Assembly (NCBI GenBank): GCA_050084985.1
Contig: JBITNC010000001.1
Span: 131,502,001 to 131,566,000, forward strand
Direction: 5' to 3'
DNA from: Nageia nagi
Lineage: Eukaryota; Plantae; Pinophyta
Length of the DNA stretch: 64,000 bases
The position numbers and the translations under genes were made by a program. The notes under the pieces were generated by a model. The model had not been told where the DNA came from. It was given only the letters and a program-made list of their open reading frames with translations, and made no database searches. This document shows positions 37,659-51,692 of the stretch, piece after piece. The stretch's first letter is position 1, and every line of letters starts with the position of its first letter.

Positions 37659-40600
37659 ACTGAAACAATTATTTATATATTATTACATTTAAATTTAAAA
37701 GTACTACATCAATGCAATCTTCTTAAAAGGAAACAATAATTATTTCTACTTAAATTTCCTTATTTCTTAATTAATTAATTAGAAAGTACATATATTCAAT
37801 TGTTTTGTCAAATAAATAATGTTTGTGGACTTATTAGTGTATATATTATATTAAACAATATGTGGCTCAAAATAAAATAGAAAATATAAATGCCTTTACC
37901 AATGAAAATGATTAAATATGTTTTTTTTGCTTTTTTAACTTTTAAAACAAGACATTAAATAATTAAAGTTTTATGATTTGATGAAAGGACAAATTGAGAT
38001 AAAAAAGAGAAGCATGGAGAGAGATATTCCTTCACATTCCAAGATAGTAATGAACTAATATTTATTATTAATGTTATATAAATTAATCATACATAGTAAG
38101 GAAATGAGAAATGCTCTTTGAAATAGTAAAAGTAATGTGTTTAGAAGAAATTTTTTTTTATTAAATATTCTTAAAGATTATTATTTATTTTAATAATTTA
38201 CTTATACAATATTGATTTTTATTTCAATATTTTATCTTATTTACCCCTCTCAAATATTTACCTAAAGCCCTTGCATATATTTTAATAAGACTAAAAATTT
38301 TCAAAAGCCCGAGTGTTAACCAGGTTGCAAGTTTTTAAGCCTGCATGGTCTTTTTCTTATCCCCGACAAAAATGGCTGTTGGGTAGGAACGAATGGAGGA
38401 TTATGAATGCGAGATATCTCACTCAACTTTAACATCTAATAGCGACATATATTTGAAATGCCCAAAGTTTTGTGTAAATATTAATACATGGTGTCACTTA
38501 GTAATCTATCTAGAGTCGTAGGTATTATGTCAAGTCTATATGGATAATGTTATATGTGATCTATCAGTGATACGTTGAGTTAACAAGTGTGAAATGTCAT
38601 TACGTATTACATGGTATATGATGATTATGGACATCATTGTTTGGTAGCAAATCAGTACGGCATACATTATTATCAAGATTTGCAGTATCATTAGTATAAT
38701 ATCTAGTATCGTTAATATGTCAGCAGGTATTATGTTGTGCTATGTGTTGAAGATTTTAAAGTAATTCCAAGTTGGTATACTTCCGTATATAGATTGATTG
38801 TAAATATATATATTTCTTAGATTAGAGATATGCTCTGCTGGCTGACAGATTTGTAGTCCTAAACTTTAGCATTCCAATTATGTATAGTGGCTATTTATGC
38901 CCACAATATTGTAAAGAGCAATGAGTATGAATAAAAAACGAAGTTTGACTCTATGATAATCACGTTAACTACAATGTTGTATTAGTCGAATGATATTATA
39001 AATATGGTCCAATAGAAAGTTTATTCCATTAGAGTCTTACTGTCATCATTTTATAATATTTTCATTGTATGCGTAGACTAGTGTATGCTGTCTAAATGTT
39101 AGATGATTGAGCGTGTTTAGGGGCCATCCACTATTACAGAATAGTTTGCACACCATTTTGCTGGTCTTTTTTTTGTGAAGTTTATCAGTTACAAATGATA
39201 GTGTGGTTAGTGACACCAAAGTCCCAGTAATGGTAATACACACATTCCTCTCAAATATCGAAGATCATCGAAGTCATCACCAAAGAAAAGACAAGTCTAC
39301 AAATAATGAAGAGGTGAGTCTACAAATAATGAAAAGGTGCAGATGAAAAATCAAAGCAACATTAAAGGCACGGCATTGTCATCTTCTTTTTATCTCCTAT
39401 CCCTGATAGACTACAGCATGAGCTATGTCAAATCAAGTGGCTTCTCCAAAAGATTCAGTACTATGGAGTTCTGGAAACCATAAATGCTGCAGAAAGAAAT
39501 TATCAAGGGAAATGAAAGTCACTACAGATAACCCCTCAAGATTTTCCAATTACGTTGGCATAATTGTTTCACCATCAGATCCAATATGCCACGTTAAATG
39601 AAGATATCTACCTAGAAGGAGATCTAAATTTCACGTATTGGACTTGCAATATTTGCCAACGAAAGTGGCCATTAATTTTGCACTCACAAATTTAAGTTCT
39701 TCTCATATGGAAGATAGTGTAGCTTAGGAATTTGCTTTCTGCAAGTAGCTATAATATTTATTTCTATCAGCAGACGTGATAATATAGCTTTCAAACTCCT
39801 ACTCAGTGGCTATGTTGTATAAATTTATCTTTCAAGCATTGTAAAAGGGTCCTTCCTTAGCATTTTCTCATATGCTTCTCGTAATAGAATTTTTGGGTTT
39901 AGTTCGGTTATATTGCCCTTCCTTGTGCTATGGATATTAGTGTCTATTTCCAATTTTTGTTGATCATGGATGTCTATGGATGAACGCAATATGGAATTGA
40001 CCCTGAGCTAAAGATCATTATAGATGGTTATATTTGGGTTATGACATCTTGTGCATGTTACCCTTTGGATTGGGTTATTCTTGGTGGTTATGGGAGGAGT
40101 ATTGAATCATTTTCCCTTCTTTGTGCTACGACTATTGGTCTTGCTCCCTTGCTTTTGCTATGGGGATTCATGTTAATATGAGGCATTTAAGCCTATTGTC
40201 CCTCACCACATTTCCATTTCTTTATTCCCAATAGTTCTTAGATTCATTTCCCTTTCAACATTTTCCCATCTCTTTCTTTTACTTTCGACCTTCATACATA
40301 AGCTGCCCCATGGCAAGCGAAGCGAGAGATGTCTTGTATTCAAAGGTTGGGGAATTTATTCTCCATCCAATGCTTGGCCAACCTAATGTCTCCACGTAAG
40401 GTTGCATTCTATAGGTCAATACTTATGTTTATAATTATATCATTATTTGATAAATAAATATGTAATAATATATTCTAATATTTTGCAATTCAAATTGTAA
40501 TAAAAAAGGAAATACATAAGAGGACAATTTATATATAGAAGACGATCAACCAAAAGATACAATATACCCACTAGTAAAGATTGCCCCTATAAACTTAGAG

Positions 40601-41299
40601 AGTACATCAAATATTGTAGATGACACTAGACAACAAGATCAAATGGAAACAAATTGATATTTAAAAGAGAATACCCTTCATTCCCTTAAAATGGAAGATT
40701 TAGAAGGAACTAATGGAACCATACATCAAGAATCGATAGAAGTACTGAAATCATCAAATAGAAAATATGATGATGGATATAACATCAAGAACAAAAATCT
40801 AACAATATACACTAACGATCTTTATTTTCTCAAGTATGACACACACCTAGTTTAAGCTATTGGTCAAAGTCTACTATGAGATATTCAAAACTTGTGCCCC
40901 AAGGAAAGAATAATAACTTCATTAGAAAGTGATGATGGGTAAATTAGAACTTAACACAAAAATGTAAAATCAAAGGAAGCCCCCTTCCCCACAGTAATCT
41001 CCATATAGAAATGAGGACACTAATAATAACATGATATTGATCCACCTAAATACAATATGTTACAAACTTGAGTACATCCCAAGGTTCTCGCCACCCTTCT
41101 CACCCATTGATGAAACTGAATTACTTTAGCATTGAGTAAATATTGATAGAAAACCAAAGATTATGAATCAACATCACCTCCAAGAATAGGAGGAGGTGTT
41201 GATCCAACCTTTCAAGATATATTTGAAGTAATAGGAGTATAATACTTTGATATAACCTTACTACGAGATAAACCAAGATTTGAGAATAGACACCAAAGA

Positions 41300-44200
41300 C
41301 AAAAAAGTAAGAAATCTATCTCTTTGTAATTCGAGAAGGAAAATTCAAGTGATACAAATAACATCGAATATGGTCACTTTAATAAAATTATTAATTTTTT
41401 AAAAAGATACACATGATGCAAAGGAACACTTATTTATATTAGAAAATGATTGGTAACAATGGGCTATTATAGAGGATAAAACCAAGCTTTTGATTTTATT
41501 ACCACTTTACAAGATGAAGTACTCTAACCCTTAGACAATCAAATCAAACATGGTGAGAAATTAAAGTAGACTTCGAAGTTGAATGCCACTTCTTAGAAGA
41601 TGGGATGTAAAGAGTTAACAAAATGAGAGACATGATCCAAGTACCCTAATAAACTATACAAGAATTCAACAAAAGATTTAAAACTACACAAAGGAAATTA
41701 TAGGAACCTACGATAAAACAAATAAAAAATGGAATGGATCATATCTAATTTACAATCACATATTTGGTGAGTAATGAAAAAGATATATCTTTGTTACATC
41801 AATTCTCTCCAAGATTCCATATAAATTGAATCACAACCATGGTGATAGAAAGGAGTTGATCATATGTTATTAGAGAAAATTAAGTATCTAAGTAGTAAAA
41901 TCACTACAAAGAACCTATAAAATTAAATGATAACACCACTAACTAGAAAAAATACTTGGTGTTAATTATGTACTAGGGAGGGGCATGCTTCGATCAAATG
42001 TCCATAGATCAAGAAACCAATACAAGAATGTTTTAGGTATGTTGAACCATGGGAATACACAACATGCATAATTATTTAATAATAAGAGTAATAAATAGAG
42101 GAATGTTTGATATACTTGGGCCAAATTGTAGCAAATGTGGGTCATAGAATCACTAGACCAAACATTGTAGAAGAAAGGAATTTTTAGATGACATTGAAAT
42201 AGACCTTAGAAAGAAATAGAAAGGAAACCAAAGAAATAGAAAGGAAACCATACTAACCACTTTCATAAAAACCCATCAAATGATCTAAACCAACCCCATT
42301 TATCGATGATATAGGAGTGTCATATATCGCTATAGTAGCATCTTCTCAAACATAACCACATAATGACCAAATGCAATATAACAATAACCACCCTCCAAAT
42401 AGATATCACGATAATAATCAAGACAATGGCTAGGGAAGAGGGACATATAATAGAGGAGGATTTAATAATCAAGGATGTGGATAGGATAAAAGATCATAAT
42501 GTTTTATTTGTGATGATAGTACCCATAGATACTTTGAATGCCCATACCCTAAAAAATTCATTCAATGCTAGTATTATCAATAATTGAATTACCATGTTTA
42601 CATTGTATGCCCCAAATGTCTCAAAGATATGTTGGATAATTTTTTGAATACAAAAAATACCAACAAAACTATTCAACCTAATGTGAACATTATATAAAAG
42701 TATCATTTATAAAAATATACAAAGTTGATTATACAAAAATAGACGAAGCATCTATTTATCAAACCTTAGAAAATAGAAGATGGATGAAAATAAATTATAA
42801 AAATTGAGAACAAAACATCATATCACAAGTGTAATATATGACACCAATCACCTATGTAATGACCACGTTTGGGATTAACAAATTAGATTTAGTGAACTAG
42901 CTATTTAGGAAATAATACCTGAGAAGCAATATTTGGATGTAGATGTACATAAAGAAAGTACTATATTGAACTAAAAACTCTCCCAAAGTATAACTTATTA
43001 ATAAAAATAAATGAATTCTTAGAATAAATGAAATCAGTAAAATTGAAGCATTATATGATACTTTAATGGCTATTATAGTTAGGTGGTAGAGCACTCATAA
43101 AATCACTTTTAGTTCATAGAAACAAATAGTGTGGCATATGAAATTATGCTTCAGGATCCCATCAATACCAACATACACTATTACACAATACGATATAAGT
43201 TCAAATCCATTGATACATATCAAACATTGTGAAAATAGTTGAAACACATCCTCAAAATAGGAATCTACTACTTGGATTCATGTGTTCTACTAAACTTTAG
43301 GAACTTTATTGTGCACATGGTATATTCAATAAGTGATTAGGAGAGAAATGAGATGTTGGGAAGAAATGAAAGATGAATTCATAAGAACATTTATTTTCTA
43401 TGATAATAATCTAACTATACATCAAGGGTTACTTAAAATCAAACAACTATTACTCTCAAACTTCACCAAAGATTATACTCAATTATGTAAAATACCACAA
43501 CAAAAAGAAAAATAATGCATCCTATAACTAATTGAATCCTATGAAATGAAAATAGTATATAAAAATAAAAAGAAAACTAAGTCAGATCAAGATGAACTAG
43601 AAGAAAAAATAAAAAATCTACCATACGAAGTTGAATAAGGATAAATAGATATGATTCTTAAAAAACATGAAATACCACCTTATGAATCTAGTCTCAAGAT
43701 AAAGAAAATCAACATTAGCTGTAATTCTTTACCCTAAATGATGATAATCAATGACTACTAGACATAAGAAGTAGTCAATACAATTTACAAAGTTTAGATT
43801 GAATACTAAGATTTATTCCCATGAAATATGATGGAGTTAAAAGGAATCAAAGAGTAAATTAAAGTAATAAATATTAGACTAAAATAAGATTTTAAACCCC
43901 AAAAATAATAACCATACCAATTAAATCCTAATCTAAAAATTTGTATAGAGGAAGCTAGTGATAAAATGATTGAAGATGACATTATATCACTCACCAATAA
44001 TACTAACTATATTAGTCTAATGGTAAAATAAAATAAGAAAATTAATGACATTCAAATATATGTCAATTTTAGAGAGCTCAATAAATCATGTGAACACAAT
44101 CCTTTTCCTACACCATTTACTAAAGAAATACTAAAAAATATTATTGGAAATGAGCTTTACTCCTTTACAGATGTATTCTCAAGATATTACCAAGGAAAAA

Positions 44201-46450
44201 TTGTTAAGGAAGACCAACCAAAAATAAAATCATTGAATGGGGATATTTTACGTATAATGGCATACCCTTTGGAATAAAAAATGTGCCAACAATTTTCTCT
44301 TGAATTATGATACATGCATTTAAATATTTTATACATGATTTTGTTGAATTACATCTTGATGGTTGGACAATATTATATATGCTAAATAATCACATTCAAG
44401 ATTTGAGACTAATATTTTATTGATGTCAATAATTTCAAATATCATTAAGCCTAAAAAAGTGCTTATTCACTATTCCATATGGCATCTTACTTGGCCATAT
44501 TATTTACAAAGAAAGATTAATAGTTGATATTACCAAAATAATAAGATTAATAAATATCCCACTACCAAAAAATGTAAAATAAATTAAAAAATTCCTTGTA
44601 AAAACATAATTCTATCAATAATTTATTAAAAATTATACCACGCTGGTGTACCAATCGATCATTTGACCAAGAAAAACTACTTCTATTGGTTGATTGAATG
44701 TCAAAATAATTTTGAACTATTGATAGTAAAGCTATCTAATGCACCTATCTTAATGTTTCCTGATTCGATAAAAGAATTTCATTTTTCATGGAATAAAAAT
44801 TAGTGTCATACTTTCTCAACTAGATGCTTGGAACATTGATAATCCTATCTATTTCTTTAGTCAAAAGCTAATAATCAATAAAAAGAACTATACTATCATC
44901 AAACAAGAGGCACTAGCTATGGTTTATGCCTTACCAAAATTTAGATATTACCTTTTAGCTACTTCTTTTATGTTCTTCATTGAACATGACATATTACACT
45001 ACCTATTAAATACACCAGTAATCTAAGGCCACACATGTTGATGGATAATTTTATTTTAAGGATTTTAGTTCAAAATAGTTATGAAACTAGGAAATTGGAT
45101 TATCATTCCTAATATATTATCAAGATTGGAGCATGGTAAGATAATTAACATTGATGATGACCTATACCAAGATTCCACTTGTTCCATATTGAAGTTGCAC
45201 CAGATGACTTACAAGAAATGACTATTTTTTAACTTTTGAATAATTTCCAAAAACCCTTCACTAAAAGAGAAATGCAAACAATTGACTAAACCACTGATTT
45301 ACACCATTATTTTAGGAGAAATATATAATATAGGTATGGATGAAGTGATTCATTGGGTATCAATAAAATATGAATTATAAGACCACAAAGGGATCGTAGT
45401 AGAACATTTCAATGATAAAATTACAAGTAAGAAAATAATGCAAGATGGAATTTGGTGGCCTTCACTCTATCAAGACTCATATACATATGCCCAAAGTTGT
45501 GATGCATGCTAGAGAGTCAGTAAACCATCAACAAAGAGATGAACTACTACTTCTACTTATTCTATCAATACTTCCTTATGTAAAATGAACGATTGATTTT
45601 GTTGGACCATTATTTCCCTTATCTTAAAGGGCCAATTGGAGATATATTATAACAAGATTTGAATATCTTATATGAGAATGGAAGACATTGCTACAAAATA
45701 CTGTATATCATAAGAAACCACCAAGTTCATCTATCAAAATATTATTACTAAGTTTAGATATCCCAAAGAGATTGTAAGTGATCAAGGAAAATATTTTATG
45801 AATCATATAATTAAATAACTTTTTAGTAAATTCATTATCCAACATGAATGAATTTCCCCCTACCATCCATAAGAAAATGGAACAGTCAAATATTTTAGAT
45901 AAAATATTAGAAAGGTATTTTAATAAAAAATATAAATATAGGTTGATCTGATTGGTGAGATAAGCTTCAAGAAGTACTATGGCCCTATATAACCACATAC
46001 AAATGAATCACTAAGAAAACCCTATTTGATTTAGTTTATGGATTAAAAGTTATAGTTACTATGGAATTTTAAGTTCCCTTACTCTGGATTGCAATTGATA
46101 CTCATCTTGATGATCGAATGTCCTTAAAATAATGAATATTTACCATTGATCAACTAAATGAAAATAGAAAAATTACATTACATAGTCAAATTTAGAAAAA
46201 TAATTGATAAAATGTTTACTATGATCAACATATAAAAGCTTGAAGCTTTTTTTTCGATGACAAAATCCTCTTGTAGGAAAATAGATATAAACATAAATTG
46301 AGAAAATTAAAAATTCAATGGCTTGGACTCTACAATGTTGAAAATATAAAAGAAAAGGGTATCATCTAAATGATGACACTATATGGACATATTTGAGAAG
46401 GATATGTAAATGGTTATCATTTAAATAAAAAAACATTATGGGACACCTAA
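41300..46450 (+). mobile_element. Heavily decayed non-chromoviral Ty3/gypsy gag-pol
   Basis: RT PFPTPFTKEILKNIIGNELYSFTDVFSRYYQ (44101-44195), RNase H KNYTIIKQEALAMVYA (~44880-44930) and integrase GIWWPSLYQDSYTYAQSCDAC (~45445-45510), in gypsy order. Many stops and frameshifts. Confidence 0.85.
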
Positions 46451-49400
46451 AAAAAAAACCAAATCCTAACAAAAACTAGAAATGATATTGCTAAGTGAGA
46501 GATCAATAAAAAAACAAAACCCCTAGTAGTTGAACTCTTGAAAAAAATAACTTGATAGTGAAAATCCATTTATGAACACTATTAGATAAATAAGGATTGA
46601 AAAATAAAAATTTGGTGATCCTTAAATAGGAAAAAAAGAGAAGATAAAAACAACAAGAGAAGATGATAGTAAAACATTTTTTTACTAAATCGATTGATAT
46701 TATGCTTTAAGGTAGGGAGTGTGTTGATCACATTTATATTCTACACATCAAATATCATTTATCAAATAGTAAAAAAGAGTTAATTTGGGGAGTACCATTA
46801 CTTATATATGACCATATGAAATTAATAAAATCACTATTTATCAAAATCCAAAATATTTATTTAGAACATATCAGCAATACTAGTTTTCTTATATAATATC
46901 CCATTTACCAGAAGATTACTAACCATTCCTTTGAAATCAAAACTACACTATGGATATATAGGATATACAATATTTTAAAATATTTTTATATTAACCATGT
47001 CCAAAAGGTATTCTTTTTATAAAACCAACTACATTCTAGGTTGATGATAATTACTACAACAAAGACATCTACAAAATGAAGGTAATGCCCAAATGTTACA
47101 CCAAATAGCCTTTTTATTGACATGAGGGGATCAAGAAGATTGTAAGTTGTCTTGATGATTACATCCCAACAATTGGGATGAATTGTAAGAATTGGGACCA
47201 TTACACTCCATGCAACATATCCATCAAAATAAAGTTCACCCTTCATTACATAGAATTTATCAATTCTTACCATATCATCCACTTAATGCTCTAAAAACAT
47301 ATAATGAATTGTTTCCTAAAGTTATCCTTATCACCAAATGTAATGATTATTGGTTCATCACCTTTGCAGGATCCATGGACACACTGAACATAAATACATA
47401 ACCATATAAGAAGCTCATAAATTATACTTGTTTAAATTTGGAGGTTGACTACCATAATTTATAATTATGATGGTACCAAATTACAATATGTTCAAATTAA
47501 ATATATTTAAAGTACTATTATTAATAAGAAATAAAAGTAATTATCATCACATTAAAAGGGATAAGTAAAATTATCCATCAATCATCAACTTTTCCAAATG
47601 GCATCCACCTAAAAGATCAACTACATAGCATAAAGGGATCCAAAAGGATAGTAATGTAAAAAAAAACATTAATTAAAGCTAATCTCTTTGCATGCCTTAA
47701 AATATATCCAACATCCATTTCAAGATAAGCTAGCTTAGATTTGAAAGTATGTTACCAATCATTAAAAAAAAAGAATAAAAGTACTCTTATTTAATATTTA
47801 CATCAACAAGAGTGCATGGATACCTCCCTCACCAATAAATACACATGGTATACCCAAAACTAATATACTCCTAAAATTGCTAAGTGTTTAGATCATGACT
47901 ACAATAAACATCCTTCAACTCCACCTTGTAACTATATTTACACTACTACAATTCCTAGGCTAGAAAAAGAAGCAAAGCCCTTGTACTAGAAGCACAACAT
48001 AGAACTAATCCTAGGGTGACTATCTTATTAGCATATAAAGATTCATCAAAACCATGTTGGATATAAATACAAATAAATATAATATGGTTTTTTTCAAAGA
48101 ACCCCTTGGATATCATTTTATGGACATTTCACCTAAGGTTAATGGAGCTCCTAAATTCATGCAATATATTCGAAAAGTAAAATTTTTGGAGAATGACTTG
48201 AAGTGTGAGGTTGATCTAGAAACCCTCACTAAAGAAGAAAAACATAGGTATTATGTTATGGGATTGCATAATCTTATCACTTTGTTGAATTTCATATACT
48301 ATCACATTATGGTAAATTTCATTTACAATTAATATCATAATAACTTTTTCTTACTGGATAATGCATATAAAAAAAAGCTAGCAAAAATATTCTAAGGTTA
48401 TCGAAGGAATTTGACAACCATGCTTATTTGTATGCAATTTTCAATGTCATATCCTTTACCTTTATCAAACATATATTAAGAATTAAGAAGATTATAAAGG
48501 CTATGTAGTTTCCAATAATTCATAAATCTTGCATCAAAGAAGATATAAAGATTATCTCTTAGATGTTATATTATAAGAATATTATGAACACCATCAACAA
48601 ATTTCAATGCACTATGGATTTCAACATCATGAATAATATTTGAATCTATAATTTGGAAGAAATCTTCCTTTAACATGAGTTAAAATTTATAGCTAGACCA
48701 CATGCTTTTAAATATGGTTCTTTCTCAGTAATGGATGCCATATTTTTTTTGCAATATTTACCTTTAGAGGATGAGATGCCTAATAAAAGTATAGGGAAAT
48801 AGAAATAAAAAGAAAGAGGAAAAAGTGGTATTTAATAAATAAGACTATATGACCTTCGACATATCAAAACCTTTTATCAAATAATATAATGAAGTACAAC
48901 CACTAATGGAGAACATGTCTTGATGGGTCTGAAATATCAAAATCATGATACAAGGATATATGATAATTCTTGAGTAAGTTATTGATAAATTTTTGAGATA
49001 CATCCCAATCCTATAGTTTTTAGTGTATGCAAAGAATATCTACATCAAGAATATGATGCCTCTAAATGCCTCGCTAATTAACACATATCCATACTAGATT
49101 GATTAGAAAACATGCTAAGAGATAGTCACTTTTCTTATTGCTATATAAGAACTATGAGAGGAAGGAGAAAATTAATAAAAATACCTTAAGGAAGGAAAGT
49201 AGATATATATAAAGAGAAATAAGGCCCTAAAACCACAACAAATAATTCTTGAGCCCATCAACAAGTTTACACCCTAATATCTCCCATAGGAGTCTTCCAC
49301 TACTTTACTACCACACATTCCTATTTATGACTCTCCTCCAAAACTAGAGGAGAAGCCCTTGATCAATAAGAAAGTTAGAATATAATAAATAGAAACTCAA

Positions 49401-50234
49401 ACATCAATCGATAACAAACCAAATGGCAACAAACCACACATTCCAATGGAGCTAGCATAAGGAGCTACTGGATAAGATGAGGTAATACTATAAGTAAAGA
49501 ATATAATTACACCTCCTGAGTCTCTAGTAATTTCATTCCTATCCCTCTATTAATATGTCATAATCCCTTATTTTATCAAATTTTAACTTTATAGCTTAGT
49601 TTATCCCCATATTGTCCATAAATTCCATGGCCTCCATCTTGTCATCTACACATAATTGTTCTACAAAATAACTTTATTACACTTCATAATCACATTCCTA
49701 GACTTGATTCTTCCTTATATATAAGATATATGAATCCTTATGCCAACCCTACCACAATGGTCAATACTCTATCCAAAATATAATATGTCTACATCCCCAT
49801 CCTTTCTCACTCTAAACCATCTGCCACACCACCTAACAAATCAATAATCAATGTTATGCATAATGCCAAATATTCAAAAATCATTGAATATATGGGTTTT
49901 TGTATTTAAATATTTTTAAATATGCAAACCTCAAATATAGCACCATTTAGCCCGACATTTATAAGATTCAAATGTTTTTTGGGTGAACTCGCTAAGATTT
50001 TAGTTTTTTTTTTTTATAAAGATAAGTGCAAATAGTTAGTTATACCCCCTATACTTTTGCAATCAATGACCTTGAAATGCTAAATAATTTATTATTTTCT
50101 AATATAATTTCCAATCATATGATTATATATATTTTATACGTTATGATTAGATACATATACATTTCAAGTTCTTAACTTAGAGATATTGAACCACTTTATA
50201 TCAATGAAAATTTTACATTTATAAGGAGTTATGA

Positions 50235-50550
50235 ATGCTCATCTTACCTTCCTAAACATGGTCATCTAAGGATTGCTTACACTCATCTCCATATTCTTGA
50301 AGATAACCATATTTGAGTTTGTCATTTACACTCATCTTCAAAGGATCGAAGATGTTCATCTGTATAAAATTGCAGACTCTTATTTCATAATAATTATAGA
50401 TTTTCATCTCATAAAAATTACATATGCTTGTCTCTAAAGGATTGAAGACACTCATCTCTAAAGGATTTCATATGCTTATATTTCAAAGCATAAATGCTCA
50501 TCTCTAAAAAATATTAAAGATTCTTGTCAACACTTTATTGCAGATGCTCC
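50235..50550. repeat. Degenerate ~24-bp minisatellite (about a dozen units)
   Basis: Consensus close to atgctcatctctaaaggattgcag. Confidence 0.7.
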
Positions 50551-50970
50551 CCTAAATTTTGATGACATAGAAGATCTCTTGATTATTTTTCTTATGAGTC
50601 ATAATTAACATCATGAAAACTTTTGACTTGAAAACTATTCTAAAAATAGGTACAATGGCACCCACTAGAAAAGGTAAGGGAAATAATGGAGATAATTAAC
50701 TTGTAATAAATAATATTAGAAAATATTTTACACCTAGAGAGGCATACACATTTTGCAATATTCCAAGTTTATTTACACATTCCTTTATTCTTTAATTTTA
50801 CCATATCAATAGTTATAATTTTATTGATTCATCATATGAAATAGAATACATTTGTATGAAGAAAAATATGTTGATCCTAATATGGCTCCACTTGAAGGTA
50901 ATTTTTATGATTAAATACCTCAATTTGAAAAAATTATGAATAATAACAATACAAAACCTATACCTAAGGT

Positions 50971-51692
50971 TGATCCATAATCATCGGATGCTTATAACAT
51001 ACTTAGATCCTCACTTAGAGATTCAAATGAGAATAGTTAACCATTATGAGATCATACAAATTGCATATAAATTTGAAAATTGCATAATGTAAATCACAAA
51101 CTAGCAATCTCAAACACACAACAAGATCAAAATAATGATTTACCCTGATCCACCCAATGTGGGCTAATCTAGGATGGAATTGGTCTCATCTCATTATCTA
51201 TGGACATCATAATAGTACATGTATAGAGAAATACCATCAACATAATGGCAATACAATCTTCTACAATTACTATAATCTCCTACAGCAAGAAGAAAATATA
51301 ATCTCAAAACTACAATAATTTTGGAATGACTCTTGGTCTTCCTTCAAACTATTACAATTCTAAAATCCCAAAATTCTACAATCCTCTCTTATTGAGAATC
51401 ATGAATGAGATATGCCATTAAATAAGCCTCTAGAACAATCTAAAATGTTGGCCAATAAACCTAAATTGCTCAATCTTCTAAAATGCTAATGTCTCTTCAA
51501 ATACCCTTACTGACTCATCAAGGTGTATGCCATTCACAACCTAAAAACAATATTTAGTATGCCTCTAGTAGCCTAAAATTGAATACCAAAATACTCCAAA
51601 TTTTGATCTTTAGTCTATCTCCAAGCACATATATCTTTGGATTGAGTATTTCTCCTAAAAATAAAACTTGACACATGATCCAATTCAGATCA
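50971..51692 (-). repeat. 3' LTR (722 bp); PPT tggggaggtg (minus strand) adjacent at 51693-51702
   Basis: Collinear with 55980-56725; preceded by TSD AAGGT. Confidence 0.93.
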
